Source: Octopus vulgaris
Lineage: Eukaryota
Length of the DNA: 64,000 nucleotides
Assembly: GCA_951406725.2 (NCBI GenBank)
Contig: OX597833.1
Location: forward strand, 42,346,001-42,410,000
Direction: 5' to 3'
Shown here in pieces: positions 52,470-64,000 of this stretch. The position numbers and the translations under genes were made by a program. The notes under the pieces are model-generated. The model ran no database searches. It saw only the letters and a list, made by a program, of their open reading frames with translations, and was not told where the DNA came from. Each line of letters begins with the position of its first letter. The stretch's first letter is position 1.

Positions 52470-53260
52470 TTTATACTGACCTACTGGTTCATATGAGTCC
52501 AGAGACAAAAACATTGGATAAGCCAGTCTGGCAGCACTGGCAACGACCACGCTTGAATGTTGTTTTTCACGTGCCACTGGCACATGTGCTGGTAAGGCGC
52601 CACTGCCAACGATCATGCTCGAATGGTGCTTTTCATGTGTCACCGGCATGGGAGCCAATCCATGGCCCTGGCAACAATCATGTGCTTTTAATGCTCCACT
52701 GTCACGAGTGCCAATCAGGCGGTACTGTCATTGGCCACGTAAACGATTTTGCTTTGTTTACACTTGCCTCAATAGGTCTTCGTAAGCAAAGTTCATTGTC
52801 CAATGAATGAGGGGTACTCATAAGTGGGCTGGTTACACCCCATGTTTGGATGTGCTTTTAATGTTCCACTAGCACGAGTGCCAATCAGGCAGTACTGTCA
52901 TCGATTTTGATTTCACTTGACTCAATAGGTCTTCACAAGCAAAGTTTATTGTCCAATGAATGAGGGGGTGTCCATATGTGGGCTGGATACACCCACAGGC
53001 ATAGGCCATAGGCTATGGTCTCACTTGGCTTGTCGGGTTTTCTCAAGCACAGCATGTCTCAAAGGTCTCGGTCACTAGCCATTGTCTCAGTAAGGCCCAA
53101 TGTTTGAAGGTCATGCTTCACCACCTCATCCCAGGTTTTCCTGGGTCTACCTCTTCCACAGGTTCCCTCAACAGCTAGGGTGTGTCACTTTTTCACACAG
53201 TTGTCCTCATTCATTCGCAACATATGACCATACCAGCGCAGTCATCTCTCTTGCACAGAT
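52470..53260 (-). mobile_element. RTE-type LINE 3' coding remnant and UTR
   Basis: Minus strand LRWYGH.L....VEGTCGRGRPRKTWDEVVKHDL..LGL. Confidence 0.85.
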
Positions 53261-53521
53261 TGCTAGCCATTAAACCTTTTTCTATTTTCTCTCCCTGTTT
53301 ATTTCTGTGTTCTTTTCTGTCGAAGAGCATAGGCTCGAAATGTAAAAGACGTTCTCACTTCTGAAGCATTAAACTAATACATCTGTTTGTTGTTTACACA
53401 CCTGTCTTGGTCTTTAGTTTTTTTGTAAATTGTATATATATATATATATGCAGGCATGGCTGAGTAGTAAGAAGTTTGCTTCATGACTCCATAGTTTAAG
53501 GTTCATATATATATATATACA

Positions 53522-54791
53522 CAGGGGTTGGACAAAATAATGGAAACACCTAGCATCATAGCATCATAATTTTGAAATATTTATAAAACTATCAAAAGCA
53601 TGTTTATTGTTATGTTTTTTTATTTATTATTAGTGTTGCCTAATATGTTTTGCTAAAATTGCAGTTTCCTTTCAGATATCATCAGAAAACGGTAAATAAA
53701 ATTCATTGAAATGACAGATCTATCGGACTTTCAAAGAAGTCAAATTGTTGGTGCTCGTATAGCAGGCGTTAGTGTAACGAAAACAGCTGAAATGTTTGGT
53801 GTATCGAGAAGTACTGTCTTGAAAGTAATGACAGCCTTTGAGAAAGGGAAAAACTTCCTCGTTGAAACAAAACACCAGAAGAAAACCAAAACTTTCAGAT
53901 AAGGTTTGTCGGATTCTTACACGAAATGTTAGAAAGGACCACAAAAGTACAGCTCCCAAAATTACTGCAGAGTTTAATGACCACCTCGAGAATCTGGTTT
54001 CCACAAAAACCATTTGCCAGGAGCTGCATAAAGCCAGATTTCACGGGAGGACTGCAATCGGAAAACCACTACTTTCAAAAACAAATGTTACAAAGCATTT
54101 AGAGTGGAGTAAAAGCCTACAGAATTGGTCCCTAGAGCAGTGGAAGAATGTTATTTTCTCGGATGAGTCATCCTTTACCTTATTTCCGACCACCGGCCGA
54201 GTATACATGTGGAGACAGCCAAAAGACACATTTAACCCAGACAGCCTTCTTCCAACTGTTAAACATGGAGGAGGATCTGTGATGATCTGGGGAGCTATAT
54301 CTTGGAAATCCACTGGCCCAATGGTTTCCCTTCACGGTAGAATTAATAGTCAAAACTATTTAAGTATTTTATCCGATCAAATACATCCTATGGTTGTGGA
54401 ACTGTTTCCAGAGGGAAATGCAATCTTTCAGAATGATAATGCACCAATTTTCACAGCTAAAGTTGTTACAGAATGGCACGAGGAACATTCTAGTGAAGTT
54501 GAACATCTGATCTGGCCATCACAGTCCCCAGATTTCAATATTATTGAACATTTATGGTGCATTTTTGAAAAACAAGTAAGGAGTTGATATCCTCTACCAT
54601 CATCACTACAAGAGCTGGAGACTGTTTTAGCTGAAGAATGGACAGAAATTCCTTCGGAAACAATTCAATCTTTGTACGAGTCCATACCTTGTAGAATTCA
54701 AGCTATAATTACAGCCAAAGCGGTCCTAACCCATATTAAAATAAATTTGTTTGAAATTTTAAGGTGTTTCCATTATTTTGTTCAACCCCTG
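53522..54791 (+). mobile_element. Full-length Tc1-family transposon inserted in (TA)n
   Basis: TIRs caggggttggacaaaataatggaaacacct / aggtgtttccattattttgttcaacccctg. Confidence 0.95.
53711..54739 (+). pseudogene. Tc1 DD34E transposase pseudogene (frameshift at ~53840, stop at 54585-54587)
   Basis: HTH LSDFQRSQIVGAR..G.S....A; VIFSDES, TVKHGGGSVMIWG, FQNDNAP, WPSQSPDFNIIEHLW. Confidence 0.92.
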
Positions 54792-55292
54792 TATATATAT
54801 ACACATACAAACACAGACAAAAAAAAATGATGACAGTTGATACTGATGCAGTTTGAATTCATTAAAGAGATACAAACAAACGATAAAAAAAAATCTAGTA
54901 TGGAATTTTAACATTTCAGCCATACAAATGTTATTGTGACAAAAAATTAATGAAACCACTTCAGGAGCTACAATGTAATCCATTATATTCTAGGAATAAC
55001 ACATTACTTTATTCCAGTCCTCTATGCTGTTTACAGGAAAGGTTTTGAATCTGCAAATGAAGCGCCTATTGTATTATGCCGGCGAAAGTCTAATGATGTT
55101 GACTGGAAAACCAGTTTTTGTGGGCTGCACTGAGTTGTAGCAATATAATGTAGGATAAATATAGTAACAATAATCATGATCCTTGGATGGAATTTATAAA
55201 TATTAAGAGACACATAATTTGTGGAAATGCATGCAGTGATGCATTATTTATAAGTTCCATCCAAAGATTATTGTCATTATCATTAGTTTATA

Positions 55293-55340
<48 letters not shown>

Positions 55341-55410
55341 AAATTGTCGAACCCTCATATGTTCGTCTAACGATGTGAGAGTCCATTTTATATATATACA
55401 TATATATATA

Positions 55411-55767
55411 GCAATAAGAAAATGGAGGGGATCAATAGGTGGTTCATCAACTGTTAGACATATTATGTCAACTTATTTACTAAACTGACAATTACAAGAA
55501 TATACATATATGTATAACATTATGCTTTACATATAAGATATAAAATATATTAATATATAAGGATATCAGAAATTGCATGTTATTTTGTAATAATTACTGG
55601 TATCCTTATATATTAATATATTTTATATCTTATATGTAAAGCATAATATGTTATACATATATGTATATTCTTGTAATTGTCATTTTAGTAAATAAATAAA
55701 TAAGTTGACATAATATAATGTCTAAAAGTTGATGAACCGCCCATTGATCCCCTCCATTTTCTTTTGC
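55411..55767. repeat. ~160-bp-arm AT-rich palindrome
   Basis: aagaaaatggaggggatcaat...ataaggata / tatccttat...attgatcccctccattttctt. Confidence 0.9.
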
Positions 55768-55956
55768 ACTATAAGTAAATGGTAAAATATGTCTTTACCC
55801 TCACCCATTTAGTACACTCGGTAATGTAATTGCAATGCAATAAAAAACACTTGTGTACTGATAGTGGTATTCTACCAGCAGTATATTAGATAGATATTAT
55901 CCCTTAGTGGGTTGGATTCACAACCTCTAACTTTCTTGGAGTTATATATATATATA

Positions 55957-58900
55957 TAATGTTCCCTCTCTATAATACGGGGGGGGGGGGGGTCCAAGAA
56001 AACCAACTGCATTCTATCCAGGCTGTGAATTCACGAGTAAGTGGGGTGGGTAGAAGAAAATGAGATATTTGGTTTGATTAGTAAAGTGCACGAATGAAGA
56101 AAAACATATTCAATCAAGTTTGACATTTATTATACAATACCAATAAATTACTTGCAAAATATCATGAATTAATCACTTACAATGACTTTTAAAAAGTATT
56201 TACATTGTTTACTTCTGTAAGTAGTTCCTGTTGACACTAAAATAAGAATTTTCAATAAATACTTATGAAATGCTTTTACATTGCATTTCTGATGTCACCC
56301 CACCTAGTGAATGATTTGAAAGCCCTTAAAAGTAAAATTATATTGTATGTAAAATAAAGGCGGCGAGCTGGCAGAAACGTTAGCACGCCGGGCGAAATGC
56401 GCAGCCATATTTTGTCTGTCGTTACATTCCGAGTTCAAATTCTGCCGAGGTTGACTTTGCCTTTCATCCTTTCAGGGTAGATAAATTAAGTACCAGTTAC
56501 GCACTGGGGTCGATATAATCGACTTAATCCCTTTGTCTGTCCTTGTTTGTCCCCTCTATGCCCCTTGTGGGTAGTAAAGAAATATATATTGTATGTAAGT
56601 TCGCATTTAGTTCAATCACATAAAAAAAGTCTGTCAGCTTCTTCTGGCACAGACCTTTCCTCATCTTAATCTGTGTCTGCCTGAGCAGGTTCTTCAGGTG
56701 CATGGTGTAGACTGGGTCATAATCTTCACACTCAGTGTATTCTATAAGCCACTTGAGGTGTGAGACAGCCCCTGTGTGTATATTGGCTGGGGCTGCTGTC
56801 TCCGCTTCCTCTGTATCATCTTAATCTGCTCCACAATCTGGGTGTCTGTCAGTGTCTCTGTTGTGGGCATGGCTTCCTCTGCTTCCTGCCAGCTGTTAAC
56901 CCAGGTGATCCTCTAGATGCTGTTCTGGTCTCCTCCTCAGTGAATCCTATGAATTCCTCTTTTTCTGGCTCTAGCTCTGGCTGTTGGAAGACTGCACTAA
57001 GGGCATTGTTCCAGCATTTGGCTATGGTCTTAGTTGACACTGCAGCCCAGGCTCTGCCTGACAAGTAACTGGCATCCTTGATGGTAAGCTGTTTCAGATT
57101 GTCTGGAACACTAAGCAGAGATTCTATCACTTCCAGGATGAGCTCCTTCGTGTAAGTGATTTTGAAGGCCTGAATGATGCCAGCATCACAGGGCTGTATT
57201 TTGCTGGTTGTATTTTTGGGTAGAGAACTTTGATCTGGCCATCTCTGGTCCGTAGGATGTCTCCCTGTGGGTGGATGGAGCAGTTATCTAGCAGGAGAAT
57301 AGCTTTCTCAGGTAGGTTGAGGCTCATAACACTAGGGACAAATGACTTGAAGAACCATTCTTCAAATATGCTGGCTGAGTGTTTGTAAAACTCTGGTACA
57401 TTGTTCATGTTTACATGGTGGAAGCACCTAGGTGATCAAAACTTGTTCACAACCAAGTGTTTAAGCTTGTGGGTGCCTGTCCCATTGTAGGCAAAGAGGA
57501 TGGTGAGTCTGTTCTTTGCCTGTTAATAGCCCAAGGTCTTATGAGCATCTGTTGTTTGATAGCATCTTCCAGTAGAGGCCAGACTCATCTGATTTCTACA
57601 GTTGTTCTGGGATGAAGGACTCTGCTTCCATATGCTGCTTCAGAGTAGCTGGTAAGTCATCTGCAGCTTGGCTGTCTGCTGATCTCTGCTCCCCACTGAT
57701 CTTGACAGCACCTATACCATGGTGCTTCTGGAACCTGTACAACCACCCTTTGCTGGCTAGAAAGGTCTGCTGGTCAGGTTGCTCTAGATGCAGCTGGCTA
57801 TGAAACTTCTCTGCCTGGATTCTGATAATGGCACCTGACGTGGATGGGGGTGGGTGTGCTGCCACTCTGCTCCTGGACAAACCAGGTGAAAACTTCTTTC
57901 TCAAGTTCACTGTCAGTGGCAGTCCTGGCCTTATTCCTAGCTATGCCCTAACTGTCCACAACTGTATTTACATAACTCCTGAGGTCAGTCTCATCCTTAA
58001 CCCAACCATGCAGGGTGGACTCTGGAACACCAGTCTCTCTCGATAGTTTGGCTTTCATTCTGCCATTTCATATGCAGTCAACCAGTTTTAACTTTTACTT
58101 TACAGAATAGGATTTCCTCTTAGGCACTGTGTATTCGTATACTCTTTTACTTGTTTCAGTCATTTTGACTGCAGCCATGCTGGAGCACTGCCTTTAGTTG
58201 AGCAAATCGACACCAGGACTTATTCTTTGTAAGCCTAGTACTTATTCTATCAGTCTCTTTTGTCAAACCGCTAAGTTACGGGGATGTAAACACACCAGCA
58301 TTGGTTGTCAAGCGATGTTGGGGAGAACACACACGCACAAACATATACACACGTACATATATATATACATAACGGACTTCTTTCAGTTTCCGTCTACCAA
58401 ATCCACTCACAAGGCTCTGGTTGGCCTGAGGCTATAGTAGAAGACACTTGCCGAAGGTGCCATGCAGTGGGACTGAACCCGGAACCATGTGGTTGGTAAG
58501 CAAGCTACTTACCACACAGCCACTCCTGTGCCTACATCAAATTTCTTTTAAATATCTGCAAGATAGCTTGAAATTGTAATGGATGAAGTGGAATATGGTC
58601 TCCCCCTAATATAAATTGTACCTCCAGGGTGTTAATTACTTCCTTTAAATATTAATTTGTTTGACTCATTCGAACCCTTTGATCGGCGGAAGCTTCTTCA
58701 AACAATCCAATCAAACTGTGGAAAACAAACTGTCAAACGCGCTCACCAGTCAAAAAGATGTTGTTTTCATCACAAAATCACAGAAATTATGCACACAAAA
58801 ATGTAATTAGCACCCAATTACATGGTAACCAATTGCAATTTTTCAAGCTGTTGATTAAAGTATGCATTTCATTGGAATTTGCTGACATTCTGCTTTTAGT

Positions 58901-59027
58901 CAAGGTTTTTGCAAGTTGTGAGCAATAAGAGGGAAATTCTGCTTCAAATTATTTGGCGTCCATCAAACCACCAGTGTCATATGCAGGGATGCGGTATAGT
59001 GAGACGCCTTATACAGAGGGAGCACTG
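55957..59027 (-). mobile_element. pogo/Tigger-like DNA transposon with degraded transposase and two nested SINEs
   Basis: TIRs (c)agtgctccctct.tata; remnants FLASKGWLYRFQKHHGI...ISGEQRSAD, IFEEWF...FVP.V...AILLLDNCS.HP, AWAAVS.KTI.KCW; SINE B at 56359-56585 (TSD tatattgtatgtaa), SINE A at 58140-58533. Confidence 0.88.
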
Positions 59028-60425
59028 TACATATATATATGTATATTAAGGTGCATGGCTTATCTCTCTCGGAGAGGCACAGAGCAGCTATGCGCACACA
59101 TACACACATGGCAGTAACTTCCACCTACCAAATTCAATTACAAAGCTTCGTTTGGCCCAGGGCTATAGCAGAAGACACTTGCCCAAAGTGCCATGCGGTG
59201 GGACTGAACCTGAAACCATGTAGCTAGGAAGCAAGCTCCCTGACCACACAGCCATGCCCGCGGTGGATAGGGATATTAGGTTCATAATAGTAAGGTCATG
59301 AGTTCAATTCCTGGCAGTGCATTGTGTTATTGAGCAAAATACTTTATTCCACATTGCTCCAGTCCACTCAACTGGTGAAAATGAGTTGTACCTCTAATTC
59401 AAAGGGCAAGCCTTGTCACACTCTGTGTCACTATGAATCTCCCTGAGAACCATATTAAAGATATGTGTGTCTGTGGAGCACTCAGCCACTCGTATGTTAA
59501 TTTCTTGAGCAGGTTGTTTGCTTGATTGGATTTTATTATCACTGTGCTATCAAGATGGTGAGCTGGCAGAATCGTTAGCATGCTGGATGAAATGCTTAGT
59601 GGTATTTCGTCTGCTGATATGTTCTGAGTTCAAATCCCGCTGAGGTTGACTTTGCTTTTTATCCTTTCAGGGTTGATAAATTAAGTACCAGTTGTGCCAG
59701 AATCATTATTGAGTTGGATAAAATACTTAGCACCCTTTATTTTTTTTTATCTTATACTTGTTTTAAGTCTTTAGACTGTGGCCATGCTGGGGCACCACCT
59801 TGAAGAATTTTAGTTAAATGAATTGACCCCAGTACTCACTTTTTAATTAAAACTTGGTACTTATTCTATTGGCCCCTTTTGTGAAACTAGTAAGTTACGG
59901 GGACATAAACACACCAATACCAGTTGGTAAGTGGTAATAGGGGACAAACACAACCCCGCCCCACCACATACACACATATATACGACAGGTTCCTTTCAGT
60001 TTCTGACTACCAAATCCACTTATAAGGTTTTGGATGACTTGAGGCTATAATAGGTGCCATGCATTGGGACTGAACCCAGAACCATGTAGCTGGAAAGCAA
60101 ATTCTTATCAAACAGCCACGCCTTAAAATACATTGTACACATTCAAAGAACCTTCTTGATTTAGTGGTACAAAATGTTCTTCTGGTATTCTTTTATTCTT
60201 TTACATGTTTTAGTCATTTGACAGTGGCTGTGCTGGAGCACTGCCCTTTAGTCGAAGAAATTGCCCCCTGGACTTATTACTCATAAACCTGGTGTTTATT
60301 CTATCATCAGACTTTTCTGCTGAACTGCTAAATTACGGGGTCGCAAACACACCGACATTGGTCGTCAAGTGATGGTGGTGGGATAAACACAGACACAAAC
60401 ACACACATAAATATACACATATATA

Positions 60426-60472
60426 CAGTAGTATCTTGGTTTTCGAACAAATCTGATCGCAAATAAATCATG

Positions 60473-60512
<40 letters not shown>

Positions 60513-60559
60513 CATGATTTATTTGTGATCAGAGGTGTTCATAAACTGAGGTACTACTG
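60426..60559. mobile_element. Tiny Tc1/pogo-type MITE folded around (TA)n
   Basis: TA|cagtagtatcttggttt ... aaactgaggtactactg|TA; inner arms tctgatcgcaaataaatcatgcttta / taaagcatgatttatttgtgatcaga. Confidence 0.8.
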
Positions 60560-60637
60560 TATTAAATGAATATGAGAAAGACAGGAGATAAAGTACAATT
60601 ATTCATGATCAGAGTTGTTTGAAAATCGAGGTTCTAT

Positions 60638-60672
<35 letters not shown>

Positions 60673-62234
60673 GTGTGTATATATAATATAATCTATATAT
60701 ATATAATATATATATGTGTATATATAATATAATCTCTATATATATAATATATATATATATATTATATATATATATATATACACACACGATGGGCTTCTTT
60801 CATTTTCTGTCTACCAAATACACTCACAAGGTTTTGATCAGCTCTAGGCTATAGTAGCAGACACTCTATAAAGCATAGAGTTGAATTTTGTGTAGCCTCT
60901 TGTTGGCAGCTTTTCTTCTCCACTCATTTTGTATGAGTATTACCCATTTTTCTGGGCTCCTTTCACAGCTACACCCACTTTGAAATTTACATTATTCTTT
61001 GTGTGAAAAATACAAAAAGAAAGGGAGTGGAGCTTGTTTGTAGTTTGTAGAGGTACCTGAAAAAAAAAGCATGGTCTTTCTCACCAACTAAAAGACATGA
61101 AGAACTATCAAACATGGCAAATAAGTACCGGGGGAAAGGGAAAGAAGAGAGAACTAACACTCGATCCTTCTAGAACTCTCAGAATGGAAACCTAAACACC
61201 TGAAAGACTTTCTCTCTGTTCCTTACTAATTCTCTTTCCCTCTTCTTCATTGTTAAAAGTAAAAAAAGCTAGAAAAAAATCGATCATATTCCAGTGTAAT
61301 CGTCATTTTAAATGATTGAGGCTTTCCTTTCCCTGTTTCTATTGCTTCACTCCTTTTCTCTATGGTCAAGAGAGTGAGGGTGCGTGGCTCAGTGGTTAGG
61401 GGAATCATAAGGTCACCAGAACGATTCCTGGTGGTGTGCTGTGTTCTTGAGCAAGGCACTCTACTTCACCTTGCTACAGTCCACTCAGCTAGCAAAATTG
61501 AGTTGTAGCTGTACTTGAAAGGGACCAGCCTTGTCACATTCTGTGTGAGGCTGAATCTCCCTGAGAACTACATTAATGGTATGCATGTCTGTGGAGTACT
61601 CAGCCACTTGTGCATTAATTTTACGAGCAGACTGTTCTGTTGATCAGATAAACAGGAACCGCATTGTTGTAATTGATGGAGTGCCATTTTTTAAAACGAG
61701 TGAAAGAAAAGGAAATGTTCCATATCGTAAGGCAAAAATGTCATGTGTTTAGCTTAAGCAGTGAAAGCTAGGACGAAATGATTGCTATTCCATCATGTAG
61801 TGACTTCGCCCTTAACTCATGCTCAGTTTGATAACAACAGCCTGTGCATTGGTGTTTATCTGGGGGCTTGGCCTCCAGATCTGTGAGACCCACAAAAGCT
61901 GATGTTAGGACCAGATTAACACCCATAGTGACCCTAATGACTAAACATTTTCCTGCCCCTATATAGGATCTATTTTCGCTTTCTTCCAACCACTTGAAGA
62001 TTTGCCTTGCTCCAGTTCACTCAGCTGGCAAAAATGAGTTGTAGCTGTACTTGAAAGGGGCCAGCCTTGTCACATTCTGTGTGAGGCCGAATTTCCCAGA
62101 GTACTATGTTAGTGGTATGCATGTCTGTGGAGTACTCAACCACTTGTGCGTTAATTTCATGATATGCATGTCAGCCACTTGTGTGTTAATGAAAAGTGAA
62201 AGTGACATCCAGCATTTGCTGTCGTTATTTTCTT

Positions 62235-62600
62235 TGATTTAACAATGTGTTTATGTATCAACTTTTCTTTTGATGTATGTATCTACTTTTCTTTCAATGT
62301 ATGTATCTGTCTACTCTGAAAATACTGATAAACATTTAAAAACACAAAATGAACGCCACCTTCCTTTCAGTCACCACTCACTGTCTCTTTCTGTCTCACT
62401 TCCTCTCTTTCCCTCCTTTCTCCCGCTTTTGATTTAACAATGTGTGTATGTACTATGTATGTATCTATTTTTCTTTTGATGCATGCATCAGTCTACTCTG
62501 AAAATACTGATAAACATTTAAAAACAAAAATAGGAATGCCACCTTCCTTTCACTCACTGCTTACTATCTCTCTCACTTCCTCACTGTCCCTCCTCTCTCC
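62235..62600. repeat. ~190-bp diverged tandem duplication
   Basis: tttgatttaacaatgtg...tctactctgaaaatactgataaacatttaaaaac...gccaccttcctttca occurs twice. Confidence 0.8.
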
Positions 62601-64000
62601 TGCTTTGCCACTCACTTCCACTATACCTCCTCTGCTTAACACCTTTTATTTCTCTTTTTCTTTGTACCTCTCCCTTCAACCTTTTAACTCTTCCGTTGAA
62701 GTAAGTGTGACACACACCACAGGTACATACGACGTATGTACGTAAAAAAAAACAAAAGTTAGCATATTCATATTTATAATAATAATAATGATAATAATTA
62801 AAAAGTGGGGACAGAAAGTAGATATATAAGTTAAGTAAAGAAAGACAATAGTGAAGGCTAAAGTACATGCACACATGCAGAGTACACAGAATTAAACAAA
62901 AAATGATTGAAAAGTGAACATTGGAAGAGTCATGAAGAAAGGGTGCATTACACATGTTGGGAGTAGGGTTGGAGAATTTTGGGAAGCATGGAATTTTTGA
63001 AGGAAGCAATCACTAACATTTTTGTTACTTGTAACTAAATTCCAAGCAAGTAAAGTGAAATAGCAACAAGTAGGACACAAAATGTTGCATTTCGACCTGA
63101 CTTATTCTTACAATGATAATCAAGTTAAGGTGTCCTAGCTAAATGACTCATGGAGAAAAAATTTTGCAACTTTCACAACAAAGGGGAGATAATTTAAAAA
63201 GAACAATAATTTCAGAAAATTAAGTTTACTGGCTTAGGGGAAATTATGAGTTCTGTTTGTAGGTGAAGGGAGATAACTATTGACATGTTTTAGTCTTGTT
63301 ATACCTCATCAGTCTAATCAAGCCTTTTTGGTTAGAAAAAGTTCTGACTAGTTCTAATTTATGTAGCTGAAAAAATGACTCAAGATTAGTGACAGGCAAT
63401 ATACTGAATGAAATATGGGCGCAATATTAATATTTGGAGTTTTGCATGAGGCACTTATACCTTATGGGAAGCGAAAAGGTCTCATTCAATGGTATTTACG
63501 ATTCTGAATCAATCTTTGATGGAATTTCAGAATAGCTATCACTGTCTTATGGGGGAACAGAGAGGACAAGGAATTAGCCATGAAAATTTTGGAATCACAA
63601 TTCCTGTTGTATGAAACACAGGAACTCAAAAACACTGAAGGACAAAATATAAAAAAAAGAAGCCCACTTGATTCTTTGCATTTTTCCTTCCCCATGGGGC
63701 ATGGATAGATATTCTGAAACACCACTCCATTTTTTTTTATACAAAACTTTTAGTTCTTCTACATTCTCAGTCCTTCTGTAAACATTTCCCCGCAGAATTC
63801 TGGTTTAAGAACCCCATATGGGGTTATGTCAAAAGACATAACACCACGTCTAAAATTGAGATTAGTGAATTGTTATACTATGCTAATCGTTGTCTTAGTG
63901 GGGCAGAATTCTGGTTTAAGCACCACATATAAGCCCTCATAACTTACTTATTATTTTTTGGATCTTTTCCTTTTGATGGACGGAATTTTCTAGTTAACTA

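Noticed and set aside
62581-63080. 142-aa and 62-aa minus-strand ORFs as upstream copine exons
   Set aside because: Compositionally biased, no copine similarity, and the copine ORF is already complete from the ATG at 50969.

Overview
AT-rich, repeat-dense eukaryotic DNA, most likely an octopus (inferred from the tRNA-derived SINE families, RTE tails ending in (GAT)n, and abundant (TA)n/(TAA)n/(CA)n microsatellites). The one host gene I can support is a 14-coding-exon copine (CPNE3-like: C2A-C2B-vWA, 543 aa) on the minus strand from 50969 to 17526, with all introns GT-AG and in consistent phase. The rest is mostly transposon debris: SINEs, RTE/CR1/Tx1/HERO LINE fragments, Penelope-like remnants, two Helitrons, Tc1, mariner, pogo/Tigger and MITEs. 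The most interesting signal is a set of type I hammerhead ribozyme motifs. These include a tandem plus inverted array of a ~357-nt hammerhead-carrying monomer at 10127-11283 that fits the architecture of a non-LTR retrozyme, and several distinct minimal hammerheads tied to Penelope-like termini, one with an intact core and in sense orientation inside a copine intron. Long fold-back palindromes are also frequent. All folding and alignment was done by eye.
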